Origin: Bacteroidales bacterium
Lineage (GTDB): Bacteria > Bacteroidota > Bacteroidia > Bacteroidales > GCA-2711565
DNA length: 64,000 nucleotides
Direction: 5' to 3'
Assembly: GCA_963675215.1 (NCBI GenBank)
Contig: OY775914.1
Coordinates: forward strand, 1,243,779-1,307,778
The position numbers were made by a program, and so were the translations under genes. The notes under the pieces are model-generated. The model saw only the letters and a program-made list of their open reading frames with translations, did not search any database and was not told the origin of the DNA. Position 1 is the stretch's first letter. Each line of letters opens with the position of its first letter. Below are positions 39,848 through 48,947 of this stretch, one piece after another.

Positions 39848-39927
39848 CAATGGTTTATATAATTTTGAGATTCTTGAATTAGCTTTTCAATCGATAGTAA
39901 GCAACTTGTTTTATAACCAATTAGATG
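39845..39927. repeat. Imperfect palindrome spanning the whole intergenic gap, possibly attC-like
   Basis: CATCAATGGTTTATATAA ... TTTTATAACCAATTAGATG arms pair with single-base bulges. Confidence 0.35.
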
Positions 39928-39932
39928 GACTT

Positions 39933-40556
39933 TTATTTTAAACGAACCTTATTATTTGCAGAAATATAATCCCACCAAAATAATCCGGAGGATAATGCTC
40001 CTTTCCTGATATTTGATTTTTTTATGCTGTGCGATGCTTCCTCATTCGTATGTGCTGTGCGAAACTTCTTTATTAAATAGGCTAAAAATCCACGACGTAA
40101 ATCGGTGATTAATATTATTCCTTCTGGTTTAGTTACTCTTTCAATCTCATTCAACATCAAAACCGGATTTTCAACAATGTGAAGCAGAAAGGTATTTATA
40201 ACTACATCAAAAGTATTATTCTCAAATTGTAAGTTCTGTGCATCTCCTTTCAAAAGGACAATTTGTTCATCTAATCCTTCATTGCTGATGAGATTTCTTC
40301 CAATGTCAAGCAAAGGTTCGCCCAAATCAATTCCGGTAATTTTTGCTTCAGGGAATGTTTTAGCTATTTCAATAGGAACCGAAGCAAACCCGCATCCGAC
40401 ATCCAAAATTGTCCCCTTCACAAAACCATTTGTTTTTAAAAGTTTGGCAAAGCGTTTTCCAACTTGTTTAATGTTTCTTTTGTTTCGATTATAATACCCA
40501 TTTGCCCATTCTTGGTTATCAAATATGCGTGGGTGAAATAAATCAATTTGCTTCAT
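39933..40556 (-). CDS. Class I SAM-dependent methyltransferase
   Basis: ILDVGCGFA, GIDL, KGDAQNL and FDVV. Confidence 0.88.
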   Translation of the reverse strand: MKQIDLFHPRIFDNQEWANGYYNRNKRNIKQVGKRFAKLLKTNGFVKGTILDVGCGFASVPIEIAKTFPEAKITGIDLGEPLLDIGRNLISNEGLDEQIVLLKGDAQNLQFENNTFDVVINTFLLHIVENPVLMLNEIERVTKPEGIILITDLRRGFLAYLIKKFRTAHTNEEASHSIKKSNIRKGALSSGLFWWDYISANNKVRLK

Positions 40557-40800
40557 TATTTTTCCTTGGTTTCAAATTAATATTCTAATTCGTACATTCT
40601 GTATTCTGTTAGAACCATGTATGTGCTTTATAAACTTGATGCTGCGGAATGAATAAATTTCAATAACCAAAGATAAGAGAAATTAACACATCTAAGCAAT
40701 CTTAATATGAAGCTTTTTATCATCTTATAAAAATGAAGCGATTTCGAGATAAAGATTTCTCTTTGCGTTTGGAATGATAAGGTAATGGTTAGTGTGAATT

Positions 40801-41152
40801 TCCGCCGCAGGCGGATAAATGTCGAGAACTAAATACGCTGTTCTTTTGTCTTGACACAAAAGAAGTAAAAAGTAAAAAACATCCGATCCATGCCTTCCCG
40901 CCTTCGTTTCACTTCGGTGGCAAAGCCCACAAGCCACTCCCTGACATCGCGGATGTTTAGGCCTGCGCTTAGAATAAAAAAGTATTTTGAAGCTTCTTTT
41001 TCAGCAATATAGGGTTTGTTTTTCGTTAAGAATATTTGAATCCTTGTAGGAAATTTAGGAAAATGAATCTGGGTTTTGTGTATTGTACAAAAAGACCCTT
41101 GAAAAAGTGTCCTTCCTGTTGCAGCCAGGTCTTTTGCTTCGCCCCAAAAAGT
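40801..41152. mobile_element. Structured non-coding MITE/REP-like element
   Basis: TCCGCC-GCA-GGCGGA hairpin, terminal palindromes TTCTTTTGTCTTGACACAAAAGAA and CTTTTGCTTCGCCCCAAAAAG, internal inverted repeats; no credible ORF. Confidence 0.45.
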
Positions 41153-41182
41153 CGGGATGAGCAATAAATTTCAAGCGGTATT

Positions 41183-41728
41183 TTACTTGGTCGTTGGCCC
41201 TCCCATTTCAGTAAACACACTGTCGATGGGTTCCCAGAGTTCAATTTTATTTCCTTCTAAATCCATGATATGCACAAACTTTCCATACTCGTAAGTTCCG
41301 ATCTCATCCACGATGATTACGCCGTTTGCTTTGAGTTTTTTTACCAATCCTTCAATATTTTGTACCCGGTAATTGATCATAAATTCTTTTTCAGAAGGAT
41401 CAAAATATTTGGTCTTTTCATCAAAAGGGCTCCAGTTTAAATAATTGATTTCATCAGGGCGGTTGGCATTTCTAAACTCAAATGGCGAACCATATTCGGT
41501 GATGGCCAAGCCTAAGTTTTTGCCATACCATTCTTTTACTTTTTGAGGATCTTTAGAGCGAAAAAAGATTCCGCCTATTCCGGTTACTTTAGGGGTTGTA
41601 TCGTTCATGATTGTTTTTTTAGTTTCTGGAGTATTGGTATCAAGTGTTTTTGTTTCATTCTGATCTTTGCTTGTATTACAACTTAAAATCATTAAAACAA
41701 GCACTAGTATTAAGGTTGAATTTCTCAT
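41183..41728 (-). CDS. VOC/glyoxalase family protein with a lipoprotein-like N-terminus
   Basis: VTGIGGIFFRSKDP, FMINYRVQN and DLEGNKIELWEP; ILSC lipobox-like motif. Confidence 0.85.
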   Translation of the reverse strand: MRNSTLILVLVLMILSCNTSKDQNETKTLDTNTPETKKTIMNDTTPKVTGIGGIFFRSKDPQKVKEWYGKNLGLAITEYGSPFEFRNANRPDEINYLNWSPFDEKTKYFDPSEKEFMINYRVQNIEGLVKKLKANGVIIVDEIGTYEYGKFVHIMDLEGNKIELWEPIDSVFTEMGGPTTK

Positions 41729-41740
41729 ATCATTCTTAAT

Positions 41741-42802
41741 TTAAGTTATAGAGCTGTCTTCTTCGTTATGATCTTCAATGCTTTTTTCAACTTTTGTTTT
41801 TAATTCATCAATATTTTTAATCGTTGATTCATTTTTTTTAATCTCATCCTCTTTTCTCAGATTTTTTCCCTTCTTGGTCAGCATTTTTTTTTGATTGCTT
41901 AATTTTTCGAGCTGATCTTTCTTTTTTTCAATTTTTTCTGATTTTATGGCCTTATCAAAAATTAAGTCTTCAGGTAAGGGTTCGACTTTAGAAACCGCTT
42001 TTTTAATAATATCTTTTGGAATAAATTCCTTTTCATTCACACTTCTTTGATTCATGAATGTTGGGGAAACGATCTCAATTTTATTTTCGTGGAGAACATC
42101 CATCACTTTGCCATTTAAAAGCGAGTTTGTACTAAAATATTTGCTGCTATCTTCTAAAAAACCATGAACCTTGTAGGTTACGGAATAATCACCCAGTAGG
42201 GTGATATAAACATAAGGATCTGTTAAGCCGGTTAAGATAGCTGCTTCTTTCAGCGATTCTTCAATTTTTATTCTCGATGTGTCGTAGCCCAACGATACAG
42301 ATGTGGAGATCACGGTATCTGATTTTCGAGTCAGTTTAACCGGAATGGTTGCGATATATAAATTTGGTATGGTAATAAAATTGCTGTCCTCGAGTTGAAT
42401 TTCTGTGTGAAAAATGCTTTTCTTCGTCACTCTTCCGTGGAAATCGCCAATTTTAATCAGATCCCCATTTCTAAAACGGTTCATGGTATTGTTCATAATA
42501 CCCGCAATCAGGTTTCCTAATACAGTGGTTGAACTTAAGGCAATTCCAGCACTTATGATGATGGCAAGAAAACTTATGATTTGTCCTTTAAGTGCATTAT
42601 CGATTGGCATGGTTAAAATAAATGCCAGAACTCCAACAATTATTAATAAAGTTGATATGGAATTTTTTAGAATATTAGCATGTATTTTTACGCTTTTTAT
42701 TTTTCTAAATATCCAAATATTAAAAAATAACAGTAGTGTCAATACAACTGCAATCCCGACTGGTTCGAGTAAGGATTTAATGATGTTTGTTAAATGCTCC
42801 AT
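41741..42802 (-). CDS. Small-conductance mechanosensitive channel (MscS family)
   Basis: Three TM segments; GNLIAG..RFRNGDLI, GRVTKK and ITIPN; Lys-rich C-terminal tail. Confidence 0.85.
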   Translation of the reverse strand: MEHLTNIIKSLLEPVGIAVVLTLLLFFNIWIFRKIKSVKIHANILKNSISTLLIIVGVLAFILTMPIDNALKGQIISFLAIIISAGIALSSTTVLGNLIAGIMNNTMNRFRNGDLIKIGDFHGRVTKKSIFHTEIQLEDSNFITIPNLYIATIPVKLTRKSDTVISTSVSLGYDTSRIKIEESLKEAAILTGLTDPYVYITLLGDYSVTYKVHGFLEDSSKYFSTNSLLNGKVMDVLHENKIEIVSPTFMNQRSVNEKEFIPKDIIKKAVSKVEPLPEDLIFDKAIKSEKIEKKKDQLEKLSNQKKMLTKKGKNLRKEDEIKKNESTIKNIDELKTKVEKSIEDHNEEDSSIT

Positions 42803-42927
42803 TTTTGGTTACTTTAAAAGTCAGATGAACTACAACTAATTGTATAAAGATACAACCATTATAAACCCGCCAATAAAAATTTGTGAGTGATTATTTTACA
42901 ACGTTTTGGCAGCAACGGACTCTTGGT

Positions 42928-43575
42928 TTATTTTTTTTGACATTTTGCCAAGATACATTTTAATGGTGCTTCGTTATCCATGTGTTTAATAGGCTCGTCA
43001 ATTTCATGGAAATCAACAAGACCATAATTCTCAAATTCTTTTTGAACAGTTTTGGAATCGTAAAAAAACACTTTTAGGTGTTTCATAACTTCAAATCGAT
43101 TTCTACTAAGTTTTCTACCCATTCCAAACATGTTTGACTGGTCTGAGACGACTGTAAAAAACATATACCCTCCCGTTTTCAGTTGATTATAGCAATCCTG
43201 AATAAATTTCTTTCGTTCATTTTTATTCAATAAATGGATTACCGCATAACAAAAAATTCCATCGTATTGCTGTTTATCAAATGGCATATCGGTTACAGAA
43301 CCATGGTGGATTTTTATATCAAGTGCATTTTCACTCTTTCCCATTTCAATAGCAGATTTTGAAATTTCAATTCCGTTTACTTTTATTCCTGAATGATGAA
43401 ATATTTTTGCATTACGCCCATATCCAATTCCAGGAATTAAAATGCTTTTAATCTCATGAGCAAGAAAGAAGTCGTGAACAAGAATTGCAGAATCTGAAGG
43501 CTCAAAACCCCAGCTTGTTCTCTCTTCTAAAAATTTGTTTTCCCAGAATTCTACCATTGATTTTAAATTTACCAT
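42928..43575 (-). CDS. Class I SAM-dependent methyltransferase
   Basis: ILIPGIGYGRN, GIEIS, HHGSV and YDGIFC. Confidence 0.85.
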   Translation of the reverse strand: MVNLKSMVEFWENKFLEERTSWGFEPSDSAILVHDFFLAHEIKSILIPGIGYGRNAKIFHHSGIKVNGIEISKSAIEMGKSENALDIKIHHGSVTDMPFDKQQYDGIFCYAVIHLLNKNERKKFIQDCYNQLKTGGYMFFTVVSDQSNMFGMGRKLSRNRFEVMKHLKVFFYDSKTVQKEFENYGLVDFHEIDEPIKHMDNEAPLKCILAKCQKK

Positions 43576-43763
43576 TTATTTCTGATCACTGCGCAATTCT
43601 ATGACATTTTTGATCAGTAAATGGATTGTGTTTATAAAGAGTTCCTGATTCAGCATTATGCTTAGAAAAGTAAGCAAAAAGAGTCGATTAGATCCCTTTT
43701 GGTTTAAATAGAATTGATCAGAATCCCCGGGGATAAATCAGTATTTAAACAATGATGTTATTA

Positions 43764-45290
43764 TTATTTTACAACTTTCTTCCAACCGCTGTTCTTGAGA
43801 GGAAGCAGTGAGCCTTCCAAATCAGGGTATTTTTTTCTTAAAATATCATATTCGGGATTAATAGCCGTTTTACCCCAAATGCCTAACATCAGCTTCAAAC
43901 CTTCTTCATTTTCGGGATACTGTCCCTGATCATCTGTATCAACAATCCATTCATTTAAAATGCCAGCATATTCGTTTAATACTTCAAGGTAATTTGGATC
44001 ATTTGCCAAATTATTTAATTCGTAAGGATCGTTTAATAAATCGTATAATTCTTCAGGTGGTCTCAAATCTGACATAAAGCGATCCTGATCCGGGTTCAAC
44101 TTGTTTTCTGCATGCAATTGATGCATTACCTTCACAAATTCGATACCGTCAAAATCCATGTATGTAGCTTGGGAATAAGGTCGATCAATCATGAAGTTGC
44201 GAATGTATTTATACTCTTTAGAACGTACCGATCTAATGCGATCAATGGTGAAATCACAACGATCGCGAGAGGAAATCACATATTCGCGCTGTGGATCTGT
44301 TTTGCTGAAGAAATTTCGGCCTTCGATATTCTCAGGGATTTCAATGCTGGCGATTGCCAATGAACTCGGACCTATGTCTATTCCTCCAATGAGTTGATCA
44401 TCCACGCTTCCTGCTTTCAAATCAAAACGACCGCTGAAATCGGCTATGATAAAAGGCACATGAATCCCGCCATCATATAAAAATTGTTTGTTTCGGGTCA
44501 TTCGCATGCCATGGTCAGAAAAGAAAAACACAATGGTGTTTCCGAGTAAATCATTTTCATCCAACAGTTTAATAATTCCACCGACCCTTTTATCCGTAAT
44601 TTGTATGGCATCCAAATGATTGGCATACTCTTCGATAATGACCGGATGATAAGGCAAATAGGGTGGAAGTTGAATTTGGGTCCTATCAACAGGTGTTTGA
44701 ACCCGTTCTTTAAAACTGGAAAAAAAAATTTCTTTACCCCCATATAATTGAATTTGTCCGAAGAAAGGCGTTTTGTTTTTTAATTCTGGCAGGTCGATAT
44801 GTACTCCGCTTTTGCCATACAAAGGATGCTGTGAGTAATCCTGATCATATAAGTTTGGTCTATCATAGCTAAAGTTATAATCATCCTTCCCATTATTAAA
44901 AGTAAAATATCCAGCTTGCTTAAAGAGTTCCGGAATGGTTTTTACATCTTCAGGAAGGTAAATAGCAGACTCTTCGGTACGTGAGCTGTGATGATTATGT
45001 GTGCCTAAAGTGGTTGACATGATGCCTGTGATCAGGCTGGAGCGGCTGGGCGAACAAACCGATGCCGACATATAGGCGTTTGAAAATCGGATCCCTTCAT
45101 TTGCCAGATGATCAATATTGGGGGTAGAAATAATGGAAGTGCCATAACAGCCCAAAAGGGGTGCGGTGTCTTCAAGTACGATCCAAAGGATGTTGGGTTT
45201 TTCATCTTCGGCTGCTTGTTGATTGCAGGAGTCCAGTGCCAGAGTAGTAGCGATAACTGGAAGTACAATCATGTTTTTAAATTGACTCAT
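43764..45290 (-). CDS. Sulfatase (Cys-type formylglycine enzyme)
   Basis: KPNILWI, CSPSRSSLITG (CxPxR), FFSDHG and ELYDL..DPYEL.NLA. Confidence 0.92.
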   Translation of the reverse strand: MSQFKNMIVLPVIATTLALDSCNQQAAEDEKPNILWIVLEDTAPLLGCYGTSIISTPNIDHLANEGIRFSNAYMSASVCSPSRSSLITGIMSTTLGTHNHHSSRTEESAIYLPEDVKTIPELFKQAGYFTFNNGKDDYNFSYDRPNLYDQDYSQHPLYGKSGVHIDLPELKNKTPFFGQIQLYGGKEIFFSSFKERVQTPVDRTQIQLPPYLPYHPVIIEEYANHLDAIQITDKRVGGIIKLLDENDLLGNTIVFFFSDHGMRMTRNKQFLYDGGIHVPFIIADFSGRFDLKAGSVDDQLIGGIDIGPSSLAIASIEIPENIEGRNFFSKTDPQREYVISSRDRCDFTIDRIRSVRSKEYKYIRNFMIDRPYSQATYMDFDGIEFVKVMHQLHAENKLNPDQDRFMSDLRPPEELYDLLNDPYELNNLANDPNYLEVLNEYAGILNEWIVDTDDQGQYPENEEGLKLMLGIWGKTAINPEYDILRKKYPDLEGSLLPLKNSGWKKVVK

Positions 45291-45357
45291 TCTTATTGGT
45301 AATTAGGTTAAATTTTGTTCAGAATATGAGCAATAAACATTAAAATTTAAAGATAAA

Positions 45358-45396
45358 AAAAAGGTCACATTTCGACGGGCTTAATCTGACCTTTTT
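45358..45396 (-). terminator. Putative terminator
   Basis: AAAAAGGTCA ... TGACCTTTTT inverted repeat with a T run on the minus strand, downstream of the serine hydrolase. Confidence 0.55.
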
Positions 45397-45514
45397 AGGT
45401 TGTTTTGAAATACAAAGCCTTTATTACAGATTTCTTGCCCAAATGATTGGTCAGGTGGGGTTCCGGAATCTATAGCCTTTAGATGTTATGCGTGAATGTT
45501 TCCAAACCTTCGCT

Positions 45515-46690
45515 TTAATCCATCCAATTGCTTTTCTCAAATAAGATCATGGAATCAAGCATCAGTTTTCTAAATTCATTGATAGGGCTGTTAAACAAAC
45601 CAATGAATAAGATGTCTTTTTCTGGGATGGTGATATAAAAAGCCCTGAAGCCTCCCTGAGAGCCTGTATGATAAATCAGTTTTACTCCAAAATTGGTTAT
45701 TTGATCTCTGAATAAAGATTGTTCGCCTATCATCCAACTATATCCAACATGTGGGTTTAAAGTGTCTGTCCAGTTTTTGGGATGAAAAACAGTTCTGGAT
45801 TCCTGAATCAATTCTTCACTTAAGAAGAGGTTATCTTGAATGGCATCTTCATATTTAGCGAGATCTAAAACCGTACTCCAAACGCCTCCGTTACCAGCTG
45901 CGGTAAATGTTGGAAATTCACCATAATCGTTCTCTACATATTTTTCTCCATCAAAATCGTAGGCATGCGCTACCCCACTTTCGGGATAAGCACCATTCGT
46001 AATTTTACTGTTTGCCATTCCTGAGGGTTTAAAAATGTTTTCCTCAATAAAGATTTGCCATGGCTGATTGCTTAATGATTCGATCATTAAAGCCAAACCG
46101 TTATAAGCCGGATTTGAATATTGAAATTGTGCGCCTGGCTCGAAGTTCAATTGTTCGGCTTTCTTCAAGGGCTCGAAGTTTTCAGCATCTTTGGCCGTTA
46201 AGTAAAATTCTGGATTATTTGAAACCTCTCTCAAATCGGGTAGTCCCGAAGTATGCGACAAAAGATGCTTGATTTTAACTTTTTTGGCAAGTTCTTTATT
46301 GCTGAAGTCAGGGAAGTATTTTAAAAGATTGTCGTTTACAGATAATAGATTTTTTTCATGGAGGATTAAAATTCCATTTGATACGAAGGTTTTTGAAATA
46401 GAGCCGGTATTAAAAATGGTGTTTTCGGTGATGGCCTCTTTGGTTTTCAAATCGGCCAGTCCATAGCTTTTTAAAAAAACGGTTTTACCATTTTTTTTAA
46501 CCAATATGCATCCTCCGGGTTGGTCCGGAGAAAATTCTTTTTTGAATGTTTCATCTAAATCTGCCTCTAATTTATTTCCAGATTTTGGGCTGCTGCATGA
46601 GGTGATGAATAAAATGCTCAAGAAAAATACGAATTGTTTCATCATGTTATTGGGGGAGTTTTTATCTAAATTAATTTGATCTTTTGTCAT
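45515..46690 (-). CDS. Serine hydrolase, beta-lactamase class C/PBP-like, probably a lipoprotein (start may be about 46645)
   Basis: SISK (SxxK), LLSHTSG, YSN and HTG; ITSC lipobox. Confidence 0.88.
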   Translation of the reverse strand: MTKDQINLDKNSPNNMMKQFVFFLSILFITSCSSPKSGNKLEADLDETFKKEFSPDQPGGCILVKKNGKTVFLKSYGLADLKTKEAITENTIFNTGSISKTFVSNGILILHEKNLLSVNDNLLKYFPDFSNKELAKKVKIKHLLSHTSGLPDLREVSNNPEFYLTAKDAENFEPLKKAEQLNFEPGAQFQYSNPAYNGLALMIESLSNQPWQIFIEENIFKPSGMANSKITNGAYPESGVAHAYDFDGEKYVENDYGEFPTFTAAGNGGVWSTVLDLAKYEDAIQDNLFLSEELIQESRTVFHPKNWTDTLNPHVGYSWMIGEQSLFRDQITNFGVKLIYHTGSQGGFRAFYITIPEKDILFIGLFNSPINEFRKLMLDSMILFEKSNWMD

Positions 46691-46722
46691 TTTGTAAGGC
46701 TCATGTTTCTAGCGAGTAAGAA

Positions 46723-46765
46723 CCTGCCAATGTTTTAGAGCCTTTGTTGGGTGTTCGTGTTTTTA
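46723..46765 (-). repeat. Truncated attC-like site (left arm only)
   Basis: Minus strand TAA-AAACACGAACACCCAAC-AAAGG-CTCTAAAACATTGGCAGG; 23 of 25 nt identical to the site after the 47820 gene. Confidence 0.55.
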
Positions 46766-46990
46766 TTTTAATAATTCCTTTTTAAAGTATCTGAATGACA
46801 ATACTATCAAACCAAGCAATCCTAGGATTTTAAGCATTTGTCCGAAAACTTGTCCTGTAGATTTACCAAAATCAAATACTGAATCGTAATTGGGATAATT
46901 GTCTATTAGGGTATAAAGAAATGAAAGAAAAAATATTGCTATCACAATAATAACTAATCTTAGAACCTTGCTGTTTTTCTCGTTTGACAT
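46763..46990 (-). CDS. Small two-TM hypothetical protein (putative cassette gene C)
   Basis: 75 aa with two hydrophobic helices; bounded by attC-like sites. Confidence 0.65.
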   Translation of the reverse strand: MSNEKNSKVLRLVIIVIAIFFLSFLYTLIDNYPNYDSVFDFGKSTGQVFGQMLKILGLLGLIVLSFRYFKKELLK

Positions 46991-47041
46991 ATTTGTTTTT
47001 TTAAGTTAAAATATTCAATTTGTTTGATTTTTTCGCATGAT

Positions 47042-47154
47042 GCCTAACGGTTTTACCATGATTAAGTGGTCTCGCTTTTAGCGGGAACAGGCAGGAATAC
47101 CCTAAGTTTTGATACCCGTCTGAGTGCCATAAACTGTAACTTTTATTAGCAAAT
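47042..47154 (-). repeat. attC-like recombination site
   Basis: Minus strand begins ATTTGCTAAT just after the stop at 47156 and ends CCG|TTAGGC, matching the GTTRRRY consensus; 113 bp. Confidence 0.6.
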
Positions 47155-47155
47155 G

Positions 47156-47599
47156 TTATTCTATAAAAATATTATAAATTCCAGTCTGTTCGTCATACTC
47201 AAATTCGCAACCTTCCAATTTAATTTCATTATATTTGGTGTAAGCACATCTATCGTGTATTCTTTCCGAATCAACATATAAAGTGCAGATTGCTTCACCT
47301 AAAATTTCTAGTCTGTAATTTACAATTTCTGTCTTCCAGCCAATTGTACGAATAAATACTAAACTTCTATCATTAGTAAAAGGAAAGGGGGCGATACTAT
47401 TGTCCGAAAGATTAATTAATTTAACATCACTTGTATAAAGTGTCCCGTTAGTAAGCAAATTCTGCCCTGATACTTTATCAATCAATGCAAATCTTAATGG
47501 AGCAGGACCAGTAAAACATTCATAAGAAGGAGGATCTTTTTTACAAGAATGTAAAATGACTAGTACGAATAAAAGTAAGATTGTTGTTCTTGGTTTCAT
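47156..47599 (-). CDS. Hypothetical lipoprotein (putative cassette gene B)
   Basis: LHSC lipobox followed by KKD; 147 aa; flanked by 10-bp inverted cores. Confidence 0.75.
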   Translation of the reverse strand: MKPRTTILLLFVLVILHSCKKDPPSYECFTGPAPLRFALIDKVSGQNLLTNGTLYTSDVKLINLSDNSIAPFPFTNDRSLVFIRTIGWKTEIVNYRLEILGEAICTLYVDSERIHDRCAYTKYNEIKLEGCEFEYDEQTGIYNIFIE

Positions 47600-47617
47600 G
47601 ATATTTCAAATTTTAAT

Positions 47618-47822
47618 ATTTGCTAATGGTTTATGTAAGTTGAGTGCGGGATTAAAAGTTGGTAACTTTCAAGACCGCACGAAGCCAATTCGTTTATTCA
47701 ATACTTCAAATTTTCCGTCAATCGTCAAAGACGAATTGGCGGTGTTGCAACAACGAGGAACAGTTGATCTACCTGCTGAAACCCGCATTATATTTACATT
47801 TTGTTGTGCGTTCGTGTTTTTA
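47618..47822 (-). repeat. attC-like recombination site
   Basis: Minus strand GCACAAC (RYYYAAC-like) ... CCA|TTAGC; inner arms 47634-47650 and 47782-47798 pair 13/17; perfect internal 10-bp inverted repeat at 47684-47693 and 47731-47740. Confidence 0.68.
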
Positions 47823-48947
47823 TTCCTTTGCAAATAAATTATCATCATCTATTGTAGATAATTCGATATGTTCGGCATCTTTTTTAGTTGCTTTTATATA
47901 ATATCTTGATGGCGAATGAATTATCATTTCAAATTTATTTGAAGTTAAAGAATCCATTACTTCACCATAATCGTTCATTTTCATTAAAAAAGATTTTTGT
48001 TTTTCGTTAGGAAAACCAATTGTTCCTTCAAATACAAAATTATTTGATTCACTGAAAATGATCTGGTCAAACCAACTAAAGGTTGGATGCTCGAATCTTC
48101 TTGTCCATAACGTGTCGCCTATTTCATTTGTCCTTATCACTTGACAATCGGTCATTTGTGGTAAAGTTCTACCTGCTCTACCAACTATAAGGAATCCATT
48201 GTCATGTAATTGTAAAATGTCATTTCCGCCTTCAAGCGAAGGGTGTTCGTCACGTTTATAGGTTTTGCTTAAAAGCTCATTTCCATCTGAATCATATGTT
48301 TTTAAATATACTTGATGTGAAGCATTATAAGTTCCCGTAATTGCAAATCCGTTATTTGATGTAGAAACAATTTGGATTGGAGAATATTTATTATCCTTAA
48401 AATTCTTTTTCCATTGAAGATTGAAATTTTTGTCAAGTTTTATTGTTATACCATATCCAAATAAGATAAAACCTTCATCATTTGTTCTGAGCACATTTGA
48501 AACATACATGTCATCAAATTTAAATTTTTGAATTTGATTCCCATCTTGTGTTAACAGAACAATTAATGCTGAAGAATATATGACATCTCCACCTTCACTT
48601 ATTGAACCAAAACAAACATACACCCCATTACTTAACTGAATAGCTTTTACCATTTGGAAAGAATAAAATATTGATCCCCAGCCTGAGCCATAAATAAGGG
48701 TTCCCCATTCATAGTTATTTTTTGTCCATTCGATATTAAGATTTTTATCAGTTTTAATCAAGGTGTATTTTCCGTTAGAAGGACCGGAAATAAGAAATTC
48801 ATTATCGTTAGTAAAAGATATGTTATCAACATTGTCTAATTGAAATGTTTTGGAAAGATTTCCTTTGAAAGAAATTTCATCGAATTCATCTTTGCATCCA
48901 AAGACAAAAGTCCAAGCTATGAGTATCAGTAAAAATTTTGATTTCAT
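47820..48947 (-). CDS. Hypothetical beta-propeller-like lipoprotein (putative cassette gene A)
   Basis: VFGC lipobox; repeated xxGFxxxG and LxWxK units. Confidence 0.75.
   Translation of the reverse strand: MKSKFLLILIAWTFVFGCKDEFDEISFKGNLSKTFQLDNVDNISFTNDNEFLISGPSNGKYTLIKTDKNLNIEWTKNNYEWGTLIYGSGWGSIFYSFQMVKAIQLSNGVYVCFGSISEGGDVIYSSALIVLLTQDGNQIQKFKFDDMYVSNVLRTNDEGFILFGYGITIKLDKNFNLQWKKNFKDNKYSPIQIVSTSNNGFAITGTYNASHQVYLKTYDSDGNELLSKTYKRDEHPSLEGGNDILQLHDNGFLIVGRAGRTLPQMTDCQVIRTNEIGDTLWTRRFEHPTFSWFDQIIFSESNNFVFEGTIGFPNEKQKSFLMKMNDYGEVMDSLTSNKFEMIIHSPSRYYIKATKKDAEHIELSTIDDDNLFAKE

Noticed and set aside
40725-41244. ORFs of 70-111 aa in the track
   Set aside because: They overlap the palindromic non-coding element, show no recognisable motif and have atypical composition; probably spurious.
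42885-42925. ACG|TTGTAAAAT as a possible attC right arm before the MscS gene
   Set aside because: There is no left arm and no complementary core after the MscS stop, and a promoter-like TATCTTTA lies in the same gap.
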